The notes under the pieces were generated by a model. It was not told the origin of the DNA. It worked only from the letters and a program-made list of their open reading frames with translations, and searched no databases. Of a stretch of DNA of 64,000 nt, positions 36,965 to 50,823 are shown in pieces. The position numbers and the translations under genes are program-made. Each line of letters opens with the position of its first letter. Within the stretch, counting starts at the first letter, position 1. The DNA is from Blepharisma stoltei ATCC 30299 (taxonomy: Eukaryota; Protista; Ciliophora), in the NCBI GenBank assembly GCA_965603825.1, contig CBFDEM010000010.1, positions 532,158 to 596,157 on the forward strand, in the 5' to 3' direction.

Positions 36965-39900
36965 ATGCTACTTGTTCTTGTATTAATTCAACTCATCTCT
37001 GCCTATGATGTTTACATAGTCCCACACTCACACTGCGACCTTGGCTGGCTGGACACCATAGATGGCTATTACAACTCTCATGTTGGCAAAATACTTGACA
37101 ACATCGTGACTGTTTTGCAAAAAGATGTGAGAAGAAAAATAGTGTGGTCTGAGACCTCATTCCTAAAGCAATGAATCAATAATAGTCCAAAATCGAAAAT
37201 AGATATTTTCAAAAGACTTGTTAAGGATGGGCAAATCGAATTTGTCGGAGGCGGGTATGTGCAGAATGATGAGGCCAACCCAGATTTCGATATGGTGATC
37301 AGGCAAATTAACATGGGTCACGAATACCTGAAGCAAGAGTTCAACGTGTCAAGGGTGCAGGTAGCTTGGCAAATTGACCCTTTTGGATACTCTGCCTTAA
37401 CCCCGAGTATTTTCTCGAAATTCGGCTATGAGTATTTAGTAACAAATAGAATTGATGTGAATTTCAAAGAGCAGCTGTTTAAAGAAAAAAATATTGAATT
37501 CATATGGGAAGGAGTCAATTTTGGTCATAATGAGTCTATTTTGCTTCACAATCTGTATGATCATTATATTTTTCCTGACTTTTTCCATCATGACAACCCA
37601 AGACACTGCTTCACTTCAGACGATTTAAACCAAAATCTTCCTGACTGGTAAATTTTATTTAGCACTGGGCGTCTTTATGATTTAATTGAAAGAAGGAAAA
37701 AAGCTCATAGACATGATAATTTGATGATTTTGTATGGAGATGATTTTTATTATGTAAAAGAATGGGATTCTGAGATGAAATATAGGAGAATTGAGGCAAT
37801 CAGAGAATATATGAGCAAAAAATATCAGAATATCAATATAAAAATAGCCACTGCAAGCGAATATTTTGAAGCATTAAAAGCTCAAAAAATTGAGTTTTCC
37901 ACATATAAAGCTGACCTTTTCCCATATGTGAATCAAAGATCATCAGGAGAGCCTGGAATATGGACAGGATATTACACAACAAGACCTCATTTAAAACAGA
38001 AAATTTTTGAGAATAATCAGCTTGCTAGAGCAGCTGAAATAGCACAGTCTTTAAGCCTTGGGACTAATTTTTATGCATGGGAATCAAGCCTTACTTTACA
38101 TCATGATGCTATCACAGGAACATGTAGGCCTCATGTTGCTGATGATTATAAAAATCGGCTTGCTTTTGAAAGAAAAAATGAAATAAGAGCAATAAAGGAT
38201 GCGATTAAAGGGAAATTCACTGAAGTCAATGATAGTTTTGCATTGGCTTTACCATATAGAGTAGTTATTGTTTATAACCCGTTAAACTGGGAAAAGGCTA
38301 GCCTACTAAGTTTTGAGGTTGATAATGGCAAGTTTATACAAATAAAGGATTGAATGGGGAAAATTGTTGTTTCCCAGTCTGTTAAAAACCAAATGAATGA
38401 TAAAAAGACAGTCTATATCAAACTAAAATTGCCTGCACTTTCATTTGTTACATTATTTATCAATGACTACACAGAGAAATGCCCTTTTTGTGACAGTGAT
38501 TCTGAACAATCTACAGATAATTCTATATCTGACAAGTTTTTCACAATAAATTTTGACGATTCTGGACTGGTTGAAAGCATAGTAACGTCAAATATCACTT
38601 ATCAGCTGAGCCAAACATTTTGAACTTACTCAGGAAGAAGTGCTGGAGCGTATTTATTCCAACCCCCAGATTCTGGGAATCAAATAAAAGATATGAAATT
38701 AGAAAAAATTGTGGTTTCCAAAGGAGAAGTATTAGAAACTATTGAAATCATATGAAAAAGATCCCAGAAAGCGCTGAATATAGACCACTACTATCAAAAA
38801 ATAATTCTATACGGAGAGCCAAGGTTCATTTGGAAATATGGACTTTATGCAACTAACAATGATGAAATACTAGTCAGGTTTTCAAGCAATGATATAAACG
38901 GAGACAAATGGTTTCTTACCTCAAACTCAGGAGACTTAAGGGAGAGAAAATACTATCAAGAAAGCTCAAGTCGAAAAGGTTACAATATGTATCCCATCCC
39001 AGGAGGTTTTGCTGTGAAAATGAAGCAGAGCTATTTAAAATTTTTCCCAAAATTCTCAGTCGGCGTTGCGATGGTAGACAATAGCTCTTTTGAGCTGCTT
39101 CTTCATCGAAAGCTTCAGCAAGACGATGGCTTTGGACTAGGCATGGGGGTGTCTGATGATACTTTTGTTCACTATCATTTTGAGGTAGATTTAGGTGATC
39201 TTACACACAAAAGTTATATGAAATCCTATTTAGAAGCTAAAACAGACGTTTATTCTTTTACTCTTGCTAACCATAACGATATCACAATTACTGACGATAT
39301 TTGGTCTGAAGGCGCAATTTTGAACTTTAATTGGAATAAACAAAGAATTTACTCCTTAGGATTCAACAGCTCTGACTTCTACCTTTCAAGTGTAGGGATG
39401 AAAAATGGCAAGCTATTTATGAGGGTTCTAAATCTGAAAGACTCCCATCAGAGTTTGCATGCAAGTGGATGGAAATTTTCAAATAAAAGCTTGTTTAATG
39501 GGAATTTGAATTTCAGCACTTACCCTTATCCATACAGAGCAAATAAGGAAATTTCTTTTATAAACAGAGCAGACACAGGAATGAAAAAGCTGCTTCCGAA
39601 AGCAGATGAGGAGTCTGATGGAGAAACGATGATGAATCCTTATGAGTTTGCAGCTTATTATGTTGAAAGCGTTGCAGCAGATGAGCAAGAAAACGAAAAT
39701 AATACTAAAAGTGAATCAGATAATATAGAAGAAAGCGAAAGCGGTATAAAAAGTGAACCAGAAGATAGAAATCAAACTAATGGAAGCATAGAAAATATCG
39801 AAGAAAATAGCAATTCTGAAGAAAAAGATCCTGGTGAGGATGATCATAGTGAAAGCACTGGGAGCAAAAATCAAGAAGGAAACAAAAATGAAACTGATAA

Positions 39901-40213
39901 AAATCAAGAAGAGGATTTTAAAAACAGTCCTGAAGAAGAAAGCCGAAATAGTACTGATGAACACCAATCAGAAAATAAGAACGAAGAAATAAACAACGAA
40001 AATAACAAACAAATAAAAGAAAACGAAGAAAGAAATATGGCAGGAAATGAAACTCACTACATTATAGTAAACATCTCAGATGCTGATGAAGAAAAACTAG
40101 ATGGTTCACAGATAATCGAGTTTTGCATACTCTTTGGCGTATCTATTGTGTTTTTAGCCAGCATCATTATCTATATTAGGAGAAAGAAACCTCGTATTAT
40201 AAGAGTAATATAA
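36965..40213 (+). CDS. GH38 alpha-mannosidase, type I membrane protein with an acidic stalk; 15-nt intron 37648-37662
   Basis: Signal peptide, VPHSHCDLGW, WQIDPFG, HHDAITGT and a C-terminal TM helix. Has 4 in-frame TGA codons and intron gtaaattttatttag. Confidence 0.93.
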
Positions 40214-40540
40214 AATTAAACCATAAATATGCATGACAGCGGCTGTATATTGTATAAAGAATCGTTTTCAGGAATATTTTCATAATAATTTTTAAAAGCA
40301 TAAGGTCTGCGAGCTTAAATGCATATCAAATCTGATATAGTCCCAATCGAAATAACTCAAAACCCTCATTGTATATTAGCAGTCAGTTAATGCCTCATCT
40401 AGAGATGGAAATCACCGTCTGGATTTCTCCAAATTTATGATCTTATCTAAAAAATAAAAAAACTGCTTCAAGAACCCACAAATTCTTTTTTAAAATCACT
40501 TCCGCATTAAATTAAACTTCTATAGTGGAATAAATAATAA

Positions 40541-43501
40541 ATGTGGGCTTTTCTCCTGCTTCTTACTGTTTGCTCCAGTATTGAAGTATACATTGTCCCA
40601 CACTCACATTGTGATCCTGGGTGGATTGAAACAGTGAAATGGTATTATGACCGACAAGCTCGAAGCATACTGAATAACATTGTAGTCATCTTGCAAAAAG
40701 ATCCAAGAAGAAAAATAGTGTGGTCCGAAACATCTTTCTTGAAGATATGGATGGAAGAGATAACAGATGCCAAGAAGGACCTTTTCAGACAGTTCGTGAA
40801 AAATGGACAAATCGAGTTTGTGGGAGGCGGGTTTGTCCAAAATGATGAAGCCAACCCAGATTTTGAAATGGTCATAAGGCAATTAGAAACTGGCCATCAA
40901 TATCTCAACCAGGAATTTGGCATTAACAGAGTTAAGGTCGGCTGGCAAATAGATCCGTTTGGCCACTCTGCCCTGACACCAAGTCTATGGTCGAAATTTG
41001 GCTATGAGTACTTGGTGACTAACAGAATCAACATCCTGATGAGAGATGAGCTTGTGAGAGAAGGAAACATTGAATTCTTATGGGAAGGCGTCAATTTTGG
41101 GTATAACGAGTCTATTTTCACTCACAATTTATATGACCATTATGACCCTCCTCCAATGCTGCACCCTTACAAAAATCACTGTTTTACTAAGAACAACCTC
41201 AGTGACGAGCTTCTCAGCAGATGGTAAGATATATTTAGTATGAAGCTTTTGAATGAACTAGCCAAGACAAGGAGATCAGCCTACAAGCATGATAAACTTA
41301 TGCTTCTCTATGGAGACGATTTCTATTATATGAACTCTGACGAGGCTGAAAAGCTTTATCAAAGAATTGAGGCATTAAGAGATTATGCAGAAAGGTCAAA
41401 TGAATACCCAGGACTGAAGATAAAAATCGCTACTGCCAGTGAATATTTCGAAGCAGTCAAATCAACAAGTCCTAAGCTGTCAGTGTACAAAGGAGATTTA
41501 TTGCCTTATGTGAACTTCAGAGCTGGGAGAGAGCCTGCGCATTGGACTGGTTATTACACAACGAGGCCTCACTTAAAACAGACTATTTATTATACACATA
41601 AACTAGTTAGGGCTACAGAAATAGTTTTGGCACTGAGCAAAGGAGCTTCTTTTTTCGCTGGAGAATCCAGTTTAGCTTTGCATCATGATGCTATCACAGG
41701 GACTTGCAGACCACAAGTGGTTGAGGACTATACAGAGCGTTGTATAGAAGAGCAGAAAAAAGCTATCAGTGCCATTAATGACGCTATACAAGACCGATTT
41801 TCAAGTGCAGAGACAAGTTTTGAATTAGCGATTCCTTATAGAGTTCTGATTGTTTATAACCCACTTAACTGGGCAAAAACAAATCTCTTTAGCCTGGAAG
41901 CTGATGAGAATGTTTTTATCCAAATAAAAAATTGGCAAGGAGAATACGTTTCTTCTCAGTCAGTAAAAAGCATCCTTGGGAATAAGAAAACAGTCTATGC
42001 AAAGATCGAAGTCCCAGCGCTTTCATTTGTCACGCTATTTGTCAACGAATATACAGAAAGCTGTGAACATTGTGACAAGAGTTCAGAACAGCAAGAAAAT
42101 GGCAAGACTATAAGTGACAAGCATTTCATAATAAACCTTAATGACTTTGGAATGGTCCAAAACATCAAAAAATCAGGCAAAAAATACGACTTAAAGCAGA
42201 CCTTCTGGACTTACTACGGGTCTCGAGGAGGAGCTTACATTTTCCACCCCACGAATAATGGTAATGAAATCAATGATCTCAGCCTAGACAAAATCATAGT
42301 CTCCAAAGGGCCTTTACTAGAAACTGTAGAGGTGGTATGGAGAAGAGAAAGAAAGACTTGGGATGCTGACTATTACTATCAAAAAATAATTTTATATGGA
42401 GAACCCCGATTTATTTGGAAATTTGGGCTTTTCGCTACCAGTAATGAAGAAATTCTTGTAAGGTTTTCAAGTGACAATATAACTGGCGATAAGTGGCTAT
42501 TGACCTCAAACTCAGGAGACCTGAGAGAAAGGAAGTATTTCCAAGAAACTGCAAGCAAAAAAGGATCGAATATGTACCCAGTCCCAGGTGGCTTTGCTGT
42601 CGATATGGGCAAAGAGTATTTAAAAATTTTCCCCAAGTTTTCTAATGGAGTAGCTATGGTCGACAATTCCTCTTTTGAGCTCCTTCTTCACAGACATCTA
42701 GGCCAAGACGATAACTTTGGGCTTGCTTATGGGGTTGATGACTATATGTTCCTTCATTACCACTTTGAAGTCGAACTAGGCGAACTCACACACAGAAGCT
42801 ATTGGAAATCCTACCTAGAAGCCAAAGCTGATATCTATGCTTTTCCCCTCATAAACTTCGATGAGTTCTCGATATCAGGAGAAGCTTGGTCTAGCGGTGT
42901 CCAAATTAACCAAACTTGGGACAAAGAAACCATCTACTCTTTAGGCTTCAACCATTCAGATATTTATCTATCAAGCGCTGTAATTAAAAACAGTCAGCTG
43001 GTTATGAGAGTGATGAACCTTAAGGACGCAGCCCAAAGCTTGTATGTCAAAGGTTTCCAGTTTATGAAGAAAAAGCTGTTTGATGGCTTTTTAGATGCAT
43101 CGTCTGTTCAGGTCTCGTGGAAAAGAGGCAAAGAGTTTGAGTACAGCCAGAAGCCAGACACAAGCATGCCGAAATCCTTACCTAGAAGCGATGAAGACTC
43201 AAAGAAAGGCAAGGCTATGCTTCATCCTTTTGAGTTTTCAACTTTTAACGTGAAAATTGTGCCAGCTGGAGAAGAGCAAGAAGAGGGTAATGAAGAAGAA
43301 GTCATTGAAGAAACAGAGGGCGAGCTTGAGAAGACAGAAGGAGATACTCCATTAGTGACAGAGAGGCCAGGAGTTTCGCAAGCAAGCTTTGATGATATTC
43401 AAAGACTAGAATACGCTATCGTGTTTTCGCTGACTGGAATTGCTTTGATCAGCATTATTTTGCATTTTAAATCTAAAGGGAAAAGGAAAGGAATCGATTA
43501 A
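40541..43501 (+). CDS. GH38 alpha-mannosidase, tandem paralog; 15-nt intron 41224-41238
   Basis: VPHSHCDPGW, WQIDPFGHS, HHDAITGT and a C-terminal TM helix. Intron gtaagatatatttag sits at the same position as in the paralog. Confidence 0.93.
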
Positions 43502-43829
43502 TATTAAGCTTTTAGTTAAGAAAATTATAAAAGTCATTCATTTTTTTCTATCCAAGAGAGTCTCTGGGTATCTACGTATCAGAGATAGCTCTATACTTTA
43601 AATTATTTAAAGCGCATATAGAATTCTTTTATGGCAAACTTTCTGGTTTTCTTTTATTTTAATAATAAAACTTTAGCATAACTGCTTCCTTTTAAACTCT
43701 TTTTATTCTTATTTCTATCTACTAAGTCAAAGATAGATTCAGAATCGAGATAATTAAATAAATTATGTAACACCTAATACCCTTACATTATTTCTACCTG
43801 GATTCAAAAATTCTCAGCCAAATTCCTCA

Positions 43830-44204
43830 TTAGTTTTCTTCACTTGCGTTTTCTGTCGCTTCTTCTATCTTGATCAGGTTTGGCGAGCCTATAGTAAAGC
43901 CATCTCCGTCCTCAGACTTCAGCCTTTTCTTCCTCTCCAGCAAATAGTTGTCTAGTGGTGACGTCATTTCGTCTAGCATGTTTCTTGGCGGTATATAAAC
44001 TTCCCCAGGTTTTTGCCTTTGCTTTGCCAGCCTGATGAATTCACTCTGGATTTCCTCGAGATTGGAAGCTGGATCGTGCTTGCTAAGGATCCGCATAATG
44101 GCTGGGTCGTTTTTCTCCACCATTTCCTTCAAGATTTCTTCTTCGTGCATGGATATTGCTCTGGAGTTGTAAAGACCAGCTATGACAGAATATGCGTACT
44201 CCAT
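43830..44204 (-). CDS. Hypothetical protein, 124 aa
   Basis: ATG..TAA ORF with GC content elevated over the flanks. Confidence 0.75.
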   Translation of the reverse strand: MEYAYSVIAGLYNSRAISMHEEEILKEMVEKNDPAIMRILSKHDPASNLEEIQSEFIRLAKQRQKPGEVYIPPRNMLDEMTSPLDNYLLERKKRLKSEDGDGFTIGSPNLIKIEEATENASEEN

Positions 44205-44233
44205 AATTTAATATAAAATTATAATCTTATTAT

Positions 44234-47200
44234 TTATGCTCTCATCAGTTTTTCGCATTTTTCTCTTAGTTTCTTTGCTTTTTCTTTTAAGTATTTATTC
44301 TGTTTCTTGTAATTTTTTAAGTCTTCTTCGAGGTGGACGTTATAATTTTTCAAATTTTTGATTTCCCCCTTTGTTTCGTCTACCCTTTCACTTGAAGTCT
44401 GTGCTGCATTGTTCTCTGCTTGGAAAACAGCGCACTCATAGAGTTTATCGTATAATTTGGAGTCCAGAAGGCTTGTTATTGTAGCATCGCTGTCGTCTAA
44501 AGCGAAGACATTATTATCCCTTTCTTCAAGAAGCAGATAAGCTATAATCTCTGCTTCAATTCTATTGGACTGGTTTAGGTATAATGCGATTTTGGCTTTT
44601 TCATTCTTAGACATGCTTATCCATAGCAGCATTCTTTTGTCGCTTTCAAGCCATTCTTGTTTCAATAAATACGCAATAGGATCCCTTGCTGACTTGTAGG
44701 CTTTTACAATATATTTGATATCTCCAATCCATTTTTTTGCAAATGCCCTTTTGTCTTTGTCTTCAAGGGATACCCATACATGTCTTTGAATTGTTGGGCT
44801 TCATTCTTCTGCATCACTGCTAAACCTCGTCCGATCAAAAACTGCAGCATTCCATACCAGCACACGCTCTTCATTCTGGAAGGACTCTTCTCCCATTCAC
44901 ATGGTCAGCTTATCTCTTGGAGGAGTTATGTCCCACAGCTGCATTTGCCGATTAGAAAGTTCAGAAGACTCTGGAGGTTCGAGACCTTCTTGGATGGCTT
45001 TTTCGATTTTTCGCCTTAAATAATCGTTATGCAAAATGGACAACTGTCTCCAGATTTTGAGCTTTCCCAGCGCATCTTCTTGCAGTCATTGATTCTCTTC
45101 GACAAACACAACTTCTTGGAGCATGGCTGGCAGAACGACTTTTTCTGCAGATACGTTCTCTTCTTTGAGGTTGGGGAGGTTGATCTTGCCGTTGCTCTTT
45201 TCTAATAAACTTTCTTCCAAAACCCTTATTCACGCATTCACAGTATAGTTCACAGGCTTGACTGTTTCTATTTCATAGTCTAGATTCTCAGAAGTCTTTG
45301 GTAGCTCTCCTTCAGAAGGGGTGTCTTGGCTGTCCTTTTCTTTGGCTTTATCGTCACCGGCATCCTCCCATTCCATTAGTTCTTTTCTCTGTCACTTAGC
45401 TTTGAGTATGAGAATTATTTTTTTGAAAAATCCAATTTGTTGCATTTTTCTGCTATCTTTTCCAGTGTTATAGTGGGCATAAATAATTGCTATAAAAATA
45501 TTTAGCAGCAACAAATTAAAGATGATGCTAAGTGTGAGAAACCATAGCATCCCTATTTTTCCATCAGCTGATATAATCTGATTAACACTAAACTGTCCTA
45601 CAAGCACGCTGAATGTAGAAAAAAGGGAATAGTTGAATAAACGGAAATTTGTGATGGCTTGACCGAAAATTAAATACCCCATTATTGTGTAGCCTATGAT
45701 CACGATGAAGAACATCAATATAAAAAAGATTAGATCAAGCTTGGCAGAACTCAAGATGTCGGTCAAGAGCGATAGCTGCTTGCTGAACTCAAAGTATTCG
45801 AGAAATCTGAGAAATATGATCAAGCAGTTGAAGCAAGTAATAATTTCATATTGAGTATACAAATCACTAATCTCGCTAAATTCCCCAATTGAGTTTTCCC
45901 AATCATCCCCAATTTTATAATTTCTGACAAAATCATTAGACATCAGTGTTGCAAGAAAGGCTAATTGAATAACTGATAAAATCACAGAGATGAGCTGAAG
46001 AAGTTTAAACATGTCCATCTTCAAAAATATTATCAAAGACTGGAAAAGCTGCTTGACTGTAAAAATAATTCACACAAGCCCTCTCCTGATCTTTTTCCCA
46101 AAACTTGAAAATATAATCCCCATTCCTGCCTTATTTTCTTCATTATTATTGCCTTTGAGTTTATTTAGCACGTCTCTGACTGCTTTTTTCCCTCTGAGAA
46201 TCCTTTTTCTTTCTCCAGCTAACTTCCTCATGATTTTAAGTCATTCATAGCCAAACTGGCAAATAAAATAAATTATGAATAAGAGGAAAATGACATCAAG
46301 CACAGCTCTGATCTGAAATTGCTGAGTATAAACATCCAGCTCAACAGTTTTTGAAGAAAGGCTTGGTGAGATCTTCCCAGAAACATCAAGAGTAAAAGAT
46401 ATATAAGCATAAACAAACATGTTCATGTTTATGTTGTAAGTGATTCATTCAAGGGCAAATACATTTGTTTCATTTCCTACAAAGCCATCTGCCTTTGAAT
46501 TTATAAATGCTTGCTGGATATCTTGCGAATTGAAAAGTTCGTAGGTACATCCGCCTTCTTTTTTAAAAGTCTCTTTTGTCCCAGAACTAATATATCTGAA
46601 TTTAGTTAGAGTCGATAGTCCTTGAAGGTTCTCATGATTATATTCTGGAGGATAGCTTGTGGCATTTTTTATCACAGAGTTTGAAAAAGAATTATCATTT
46701 TTATCGAGCTTGTACCGATTCATCGTAACACGAACCTTTGGGCTCGTCAAAAAATGATTTTGGACGGCTACAGTTTGCGATTCTATGTAAGGGACCATTA
46801 TTTGCTGCAAAAACTCATATGCAGACTCAGCATTATTAATATCATAAAAAGTGACATTGGTGCTACTATATACAAATTTAGGCACTGCTAAAGAGTCAGC
46901 AACTAGCGAGTTCAGAGCAAAAGATTCTTCAATCCTCAGCCTATATTTGGCTGCAATCACATAAATTATGATAAAAATTATATACAAAATCATTTCGACA
47001 AAGAGTTTGAAATTGTAATTTACTTCATTTTCCCTTACTTTCTTCAAGATTTCGTTTTTCGCCTTTTCTTGCTCCATTGTCCTAATCGTATTTTTTAGCT
47101 TGAGTGATAGCTGCTCTCTAGTCAATAAGGAAGAGCCTGCCCCTCTAAGTGCAAGTTGGAGCTGCCCAAAGTTGTATTTTACTATGCTAAAGATATTTTG

Positions 47201-49060
47201 CTGGCTTTGAAGTAAAATTGTGTTTTCAAGCCTCCTCATGCGATCATTTATTTCTTCTTGTTCCTGGGCGTTTGTGGTAGATTTCACTGAAAGAGTCTGA
47301 TATTCAATGGCATCTTCTTCTAAGGTGTTTTTTATTCTGAGTAGTAAAAAATTCAGAAGAATCTCAATAAAAGCATTGCTGTCTTCAGTCAGCATGCGAG
47401 CTCTGGCTTCAAGGAGCAGCTGAGACCTACTCCTTAGTTCTGTGTACACACTCAGAACAATGGCAAGGAATGTATTTAAAATGATAAAATAAAAAAGCGA
47501 AATAAAAACAATATAAAATACCCCTGCAATACTATAGTTGCCTACCGTCATTTCATCAATTATTTCTATCGCAAGCAGCGCTGACCAAAGAGATGACATT
47601 GCAGTGCCGAACGTCGAAAAGGAATTTGTCGTTAATCCAAACCCTACAAATGCTGAAAGCGAAAAAGCAATAATAAGGAGGATTGTAATAAACCCAAAAT
47701 TCATGATATCGTTCTTTGCCATGTTGATGGTATCGAAAAGCACCCCAAAGGATGGGAACTTAGACTTTAAAATGACCAGAACCCTGAAAATGATCAAAAG
47801 AGTAGCCACTGCGGTAACTCTTATCAGAATCTTAAAATTTTGGCAATAAACCACGAAGTCGCTGAACTGACTTTCAGAATCTATGGGGATTTGCAATTTA
47901 CCAATATTCCCGATCACGTTTTGAAGAAATAGGGAGATAGAGGTAATAACTAGCAGTAGTGTAACTATTTCCAAATACTCATGCCAAGCTATATCTAGTT
48001 TCAGCTTTGTCCAAAGCGTTGTGCAGATCCTTATAATACTTTGAACGAATTTGTAAATCTGCAAGAGAAAACCAGCAATATAAATAAGTCCTAAAATGAC
48101 CACAATTTTTGATTCAGGAGTCCAACTTTCATAAGCTTCAGGGAAAATCCCAACGGAGTCGCTGGTGCACGAAAAACTCCCTGAGCTGGTTCGCTCAATT
48201 GTTTGATAATAATACAACGTGGTCATCATATTTGAATTTTGAACTAACAGTTCTGCGGTGATGCTCACAAAATAGTCTGGGCTCAGTCAAATCGGCTTCA
48301 TTACTCTTCATCTCACCAAAGCATCCTGCAAGGTTAGGTTACAAAAAAGCTCGAAATAGGCACCTGCTTCTCTGAAGCCTCCTCCACTGGAATAGTTAAA
48401 AATCCCTAAATCATTTTTCTCTTCGCCGTCAGAATTGGAGTCTCCAGCTCCCAAATCAGGGTCTTTTCTGACCCATCTGACAGCTTCTTCATATTCAGAA
48501 AAAGGATTCTCTTTTAGGATCGCTCTTTTAAGGGAAAGCCTGAGCCCGACCACATAATTATATTTGTTTATAAATTCGTTAGTAAAGGCACCAGGGAACA
48601 GGACTCTCCTGTAATATGTGTCTAAGTCAGTCAGCGACTCAATGTCATTGAAATATTTGTTTGGGTTGCCGGCTCACACGGTATTTTCGAAAAAATCAAT
48701 AATTGTGAGACTTACTGGGGAGGACTTGTCGACTCTGTTGATAAAGATGCTCAAAACTATGAAAATTAGGGAAACGATAACTGATATGTAAACACCTTTC
48801 ACGTTTACAGGAGTTGCTTCTAGGGACCTCTCAAGGTCTTTTTCCACGACGGAAAGCTTTTTTTCAATTGCTTCAAGCTCTTGATCAACAAGTTCAATAT
48901 CGTCAATAGTCAGTTGTCCTTTTTGCCTGCTTATGCTTTCGAGATCTTTTTGCCGCTTTTTTAAGGAAGATGTCATGTTTAGTATGGGCTTTGTGTCTGT
49001 TTCGCCAGCTTCGGCATCCTTCTCAATGAAACTTGAACTCTCCATAACCCTGTCTTCCAT
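44234..49060 (-). CDS. Two-repeat polycystin-2 (TRPP/PKD2)-like cation channel, 1608 aa
   Basis: Six track ORFs join in one frame via TGA. There are two S1-TOP-S2..S6 units, with S6 motifs FIILNTFLAIV and LLLLNIFIAII, and a C-terminal coiled coil. Confidence 0.85.
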
Positions 49061-50823
49061 TTTATTAATTAGCCGTTTAAGCCAAGACTTAAAAATATAT
49101 TGAATTTTACCTACAAGGCAAATTCTGGAAATGATAAAATCAAGATTCTTAGTAAATTGACTTGATTAAAGAATTTTATATGCTATAATGGCCAGCTAAT
49201 TCTAAAAAAAAAATTTTTTTAACTTCCAGTGGCTGAATCTCTTCTAAAAATTTTTTTACTATCCTGAACCTTTTAAACTATTTTTCTAAGATTCTGAACT
49301 TAATTTTGTCATTTTCTGCTGTGTCAGCTAGCGCCTAATGAGTAATTCCCTTGAGCTTATTTCTTGAGCAATACCATTATTTTTTAATTTCACTAATCTA
49401 GCATACTCATCTAGGGATAATAAATCTGTTGACAATAAAAGCTAAAAACTTATTTACTATTGAATTTAAGTACGATTTTGCTTATAAAGAATTATCTTTA
49501 TAGCTGCATTTATAAGAATCAATTATTAAAAAATTTTTAAAATGGCCTTATTTGAATTTCATAAGTGCTTATTCTTTCTTTTCCTAAAAAACAAAGTTTT
49601 CTTTACTTTTCAAGTTTCTTTGTTTATGGGGATGAAGAAAAAGTTTTAATATGGCCTATATTTCATTGACTTTTTCTTAAATAATCTAACAAAAAATGAC
49701 GAAAATTTAAATATTCAGCCAATAGCTCAATAAAAATGATAATAGCTTTCTAAATTCATTCTTTATTACTAGCCATTGCTAGAGATATTTTCTAAATTAT
49801 CTCCAAAACCCTATATATTTCTAGGATTTACGCTACCATAAACCTAAAAAAACTACTTTTAATTACTAATTTCAACAAAACCTGCATGCATGTTCTCATG
49901 CCTTTTTATTCAAAAGTTATATTTAGGGCTTATTAAACTTATTTTAAGTTTGAATTGCTTTATATTTTTCATTAAAATTCATCCATAATTTTCAATAATT
50001 TTATGAGCTGATAAAAAATCTTCGCTAATAAAAAATTAAATTTTTAGTAATAGCGGTATACTTCATAGAATTGTTCCTGATAATGAAACCGTTTTTAAGT
50101 TGATTACAAGTCCAAACAAATATTTGGCATATTCTATCAACCAAGTATCTAAAACTTCTACAGCATCTCAGTATTAATATTTGTTCTGTTAACAAAGCAA
50201 GCTTCTAACCACTCGCATCAATATCAATTGAAGTCATATCATGTGCTTATTCGCGCATGAATTGACCACTCATTGCAGGCACAAAGCTCTATAGCATCCA
50301 TAGTCCAGTTCGATAAACTTTATTTGATTGTATTAACACCCATGCCCGATTTGATCATTAATTCTTGCACACAAATTGAAATTGCAAAAGGGGAAGGTCA
50401 TTTGTAAAAAGTAATCTAGAAAATGATAGATCTTCTACTGGCCAATTTACTCCGTGCCAAGTACTTATATCGAGTAATTTTCCTAAAAGCAATTTATAGG
50501 GGTTTTTGGTGTCAGTGGCTATGCCTGAAGATTCAATTAAAGCTTTGATCCAAATTTGTCGTACAATAATTTGTATTTATTAAACCTTATCTATCGGAAC
50601 TCTGAAATTTATAAGGTTGAAACTTGACTTTTTTCGCTCGCTACTGCAGTAGTTCAGTCCCTGCTTTGATAAGAATAAGATTGGCTTGATTGCTATTATT
50701 TGCATTTTATTAGATATTGACTTAAAACTCTAATTTTAAAGAATTACGGTGAAAAGCTAAGCTTAAATTGATAAAATTAAAAAAATAGTGATTTTAATAA
50801 TTTATTGATTATAGAAATTCAGC

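Noticed and set aside
43768-43787. Internal telomere-like sequence taacacctaatacccttaca
   Set aside because: Only 20 nt with three differences, which could be chance.
50000-50704. Possible decayed minus-strand gene (WD40-like)
   Set aside because: Several TAA/TAG stops and no motif I can identify with confidence.
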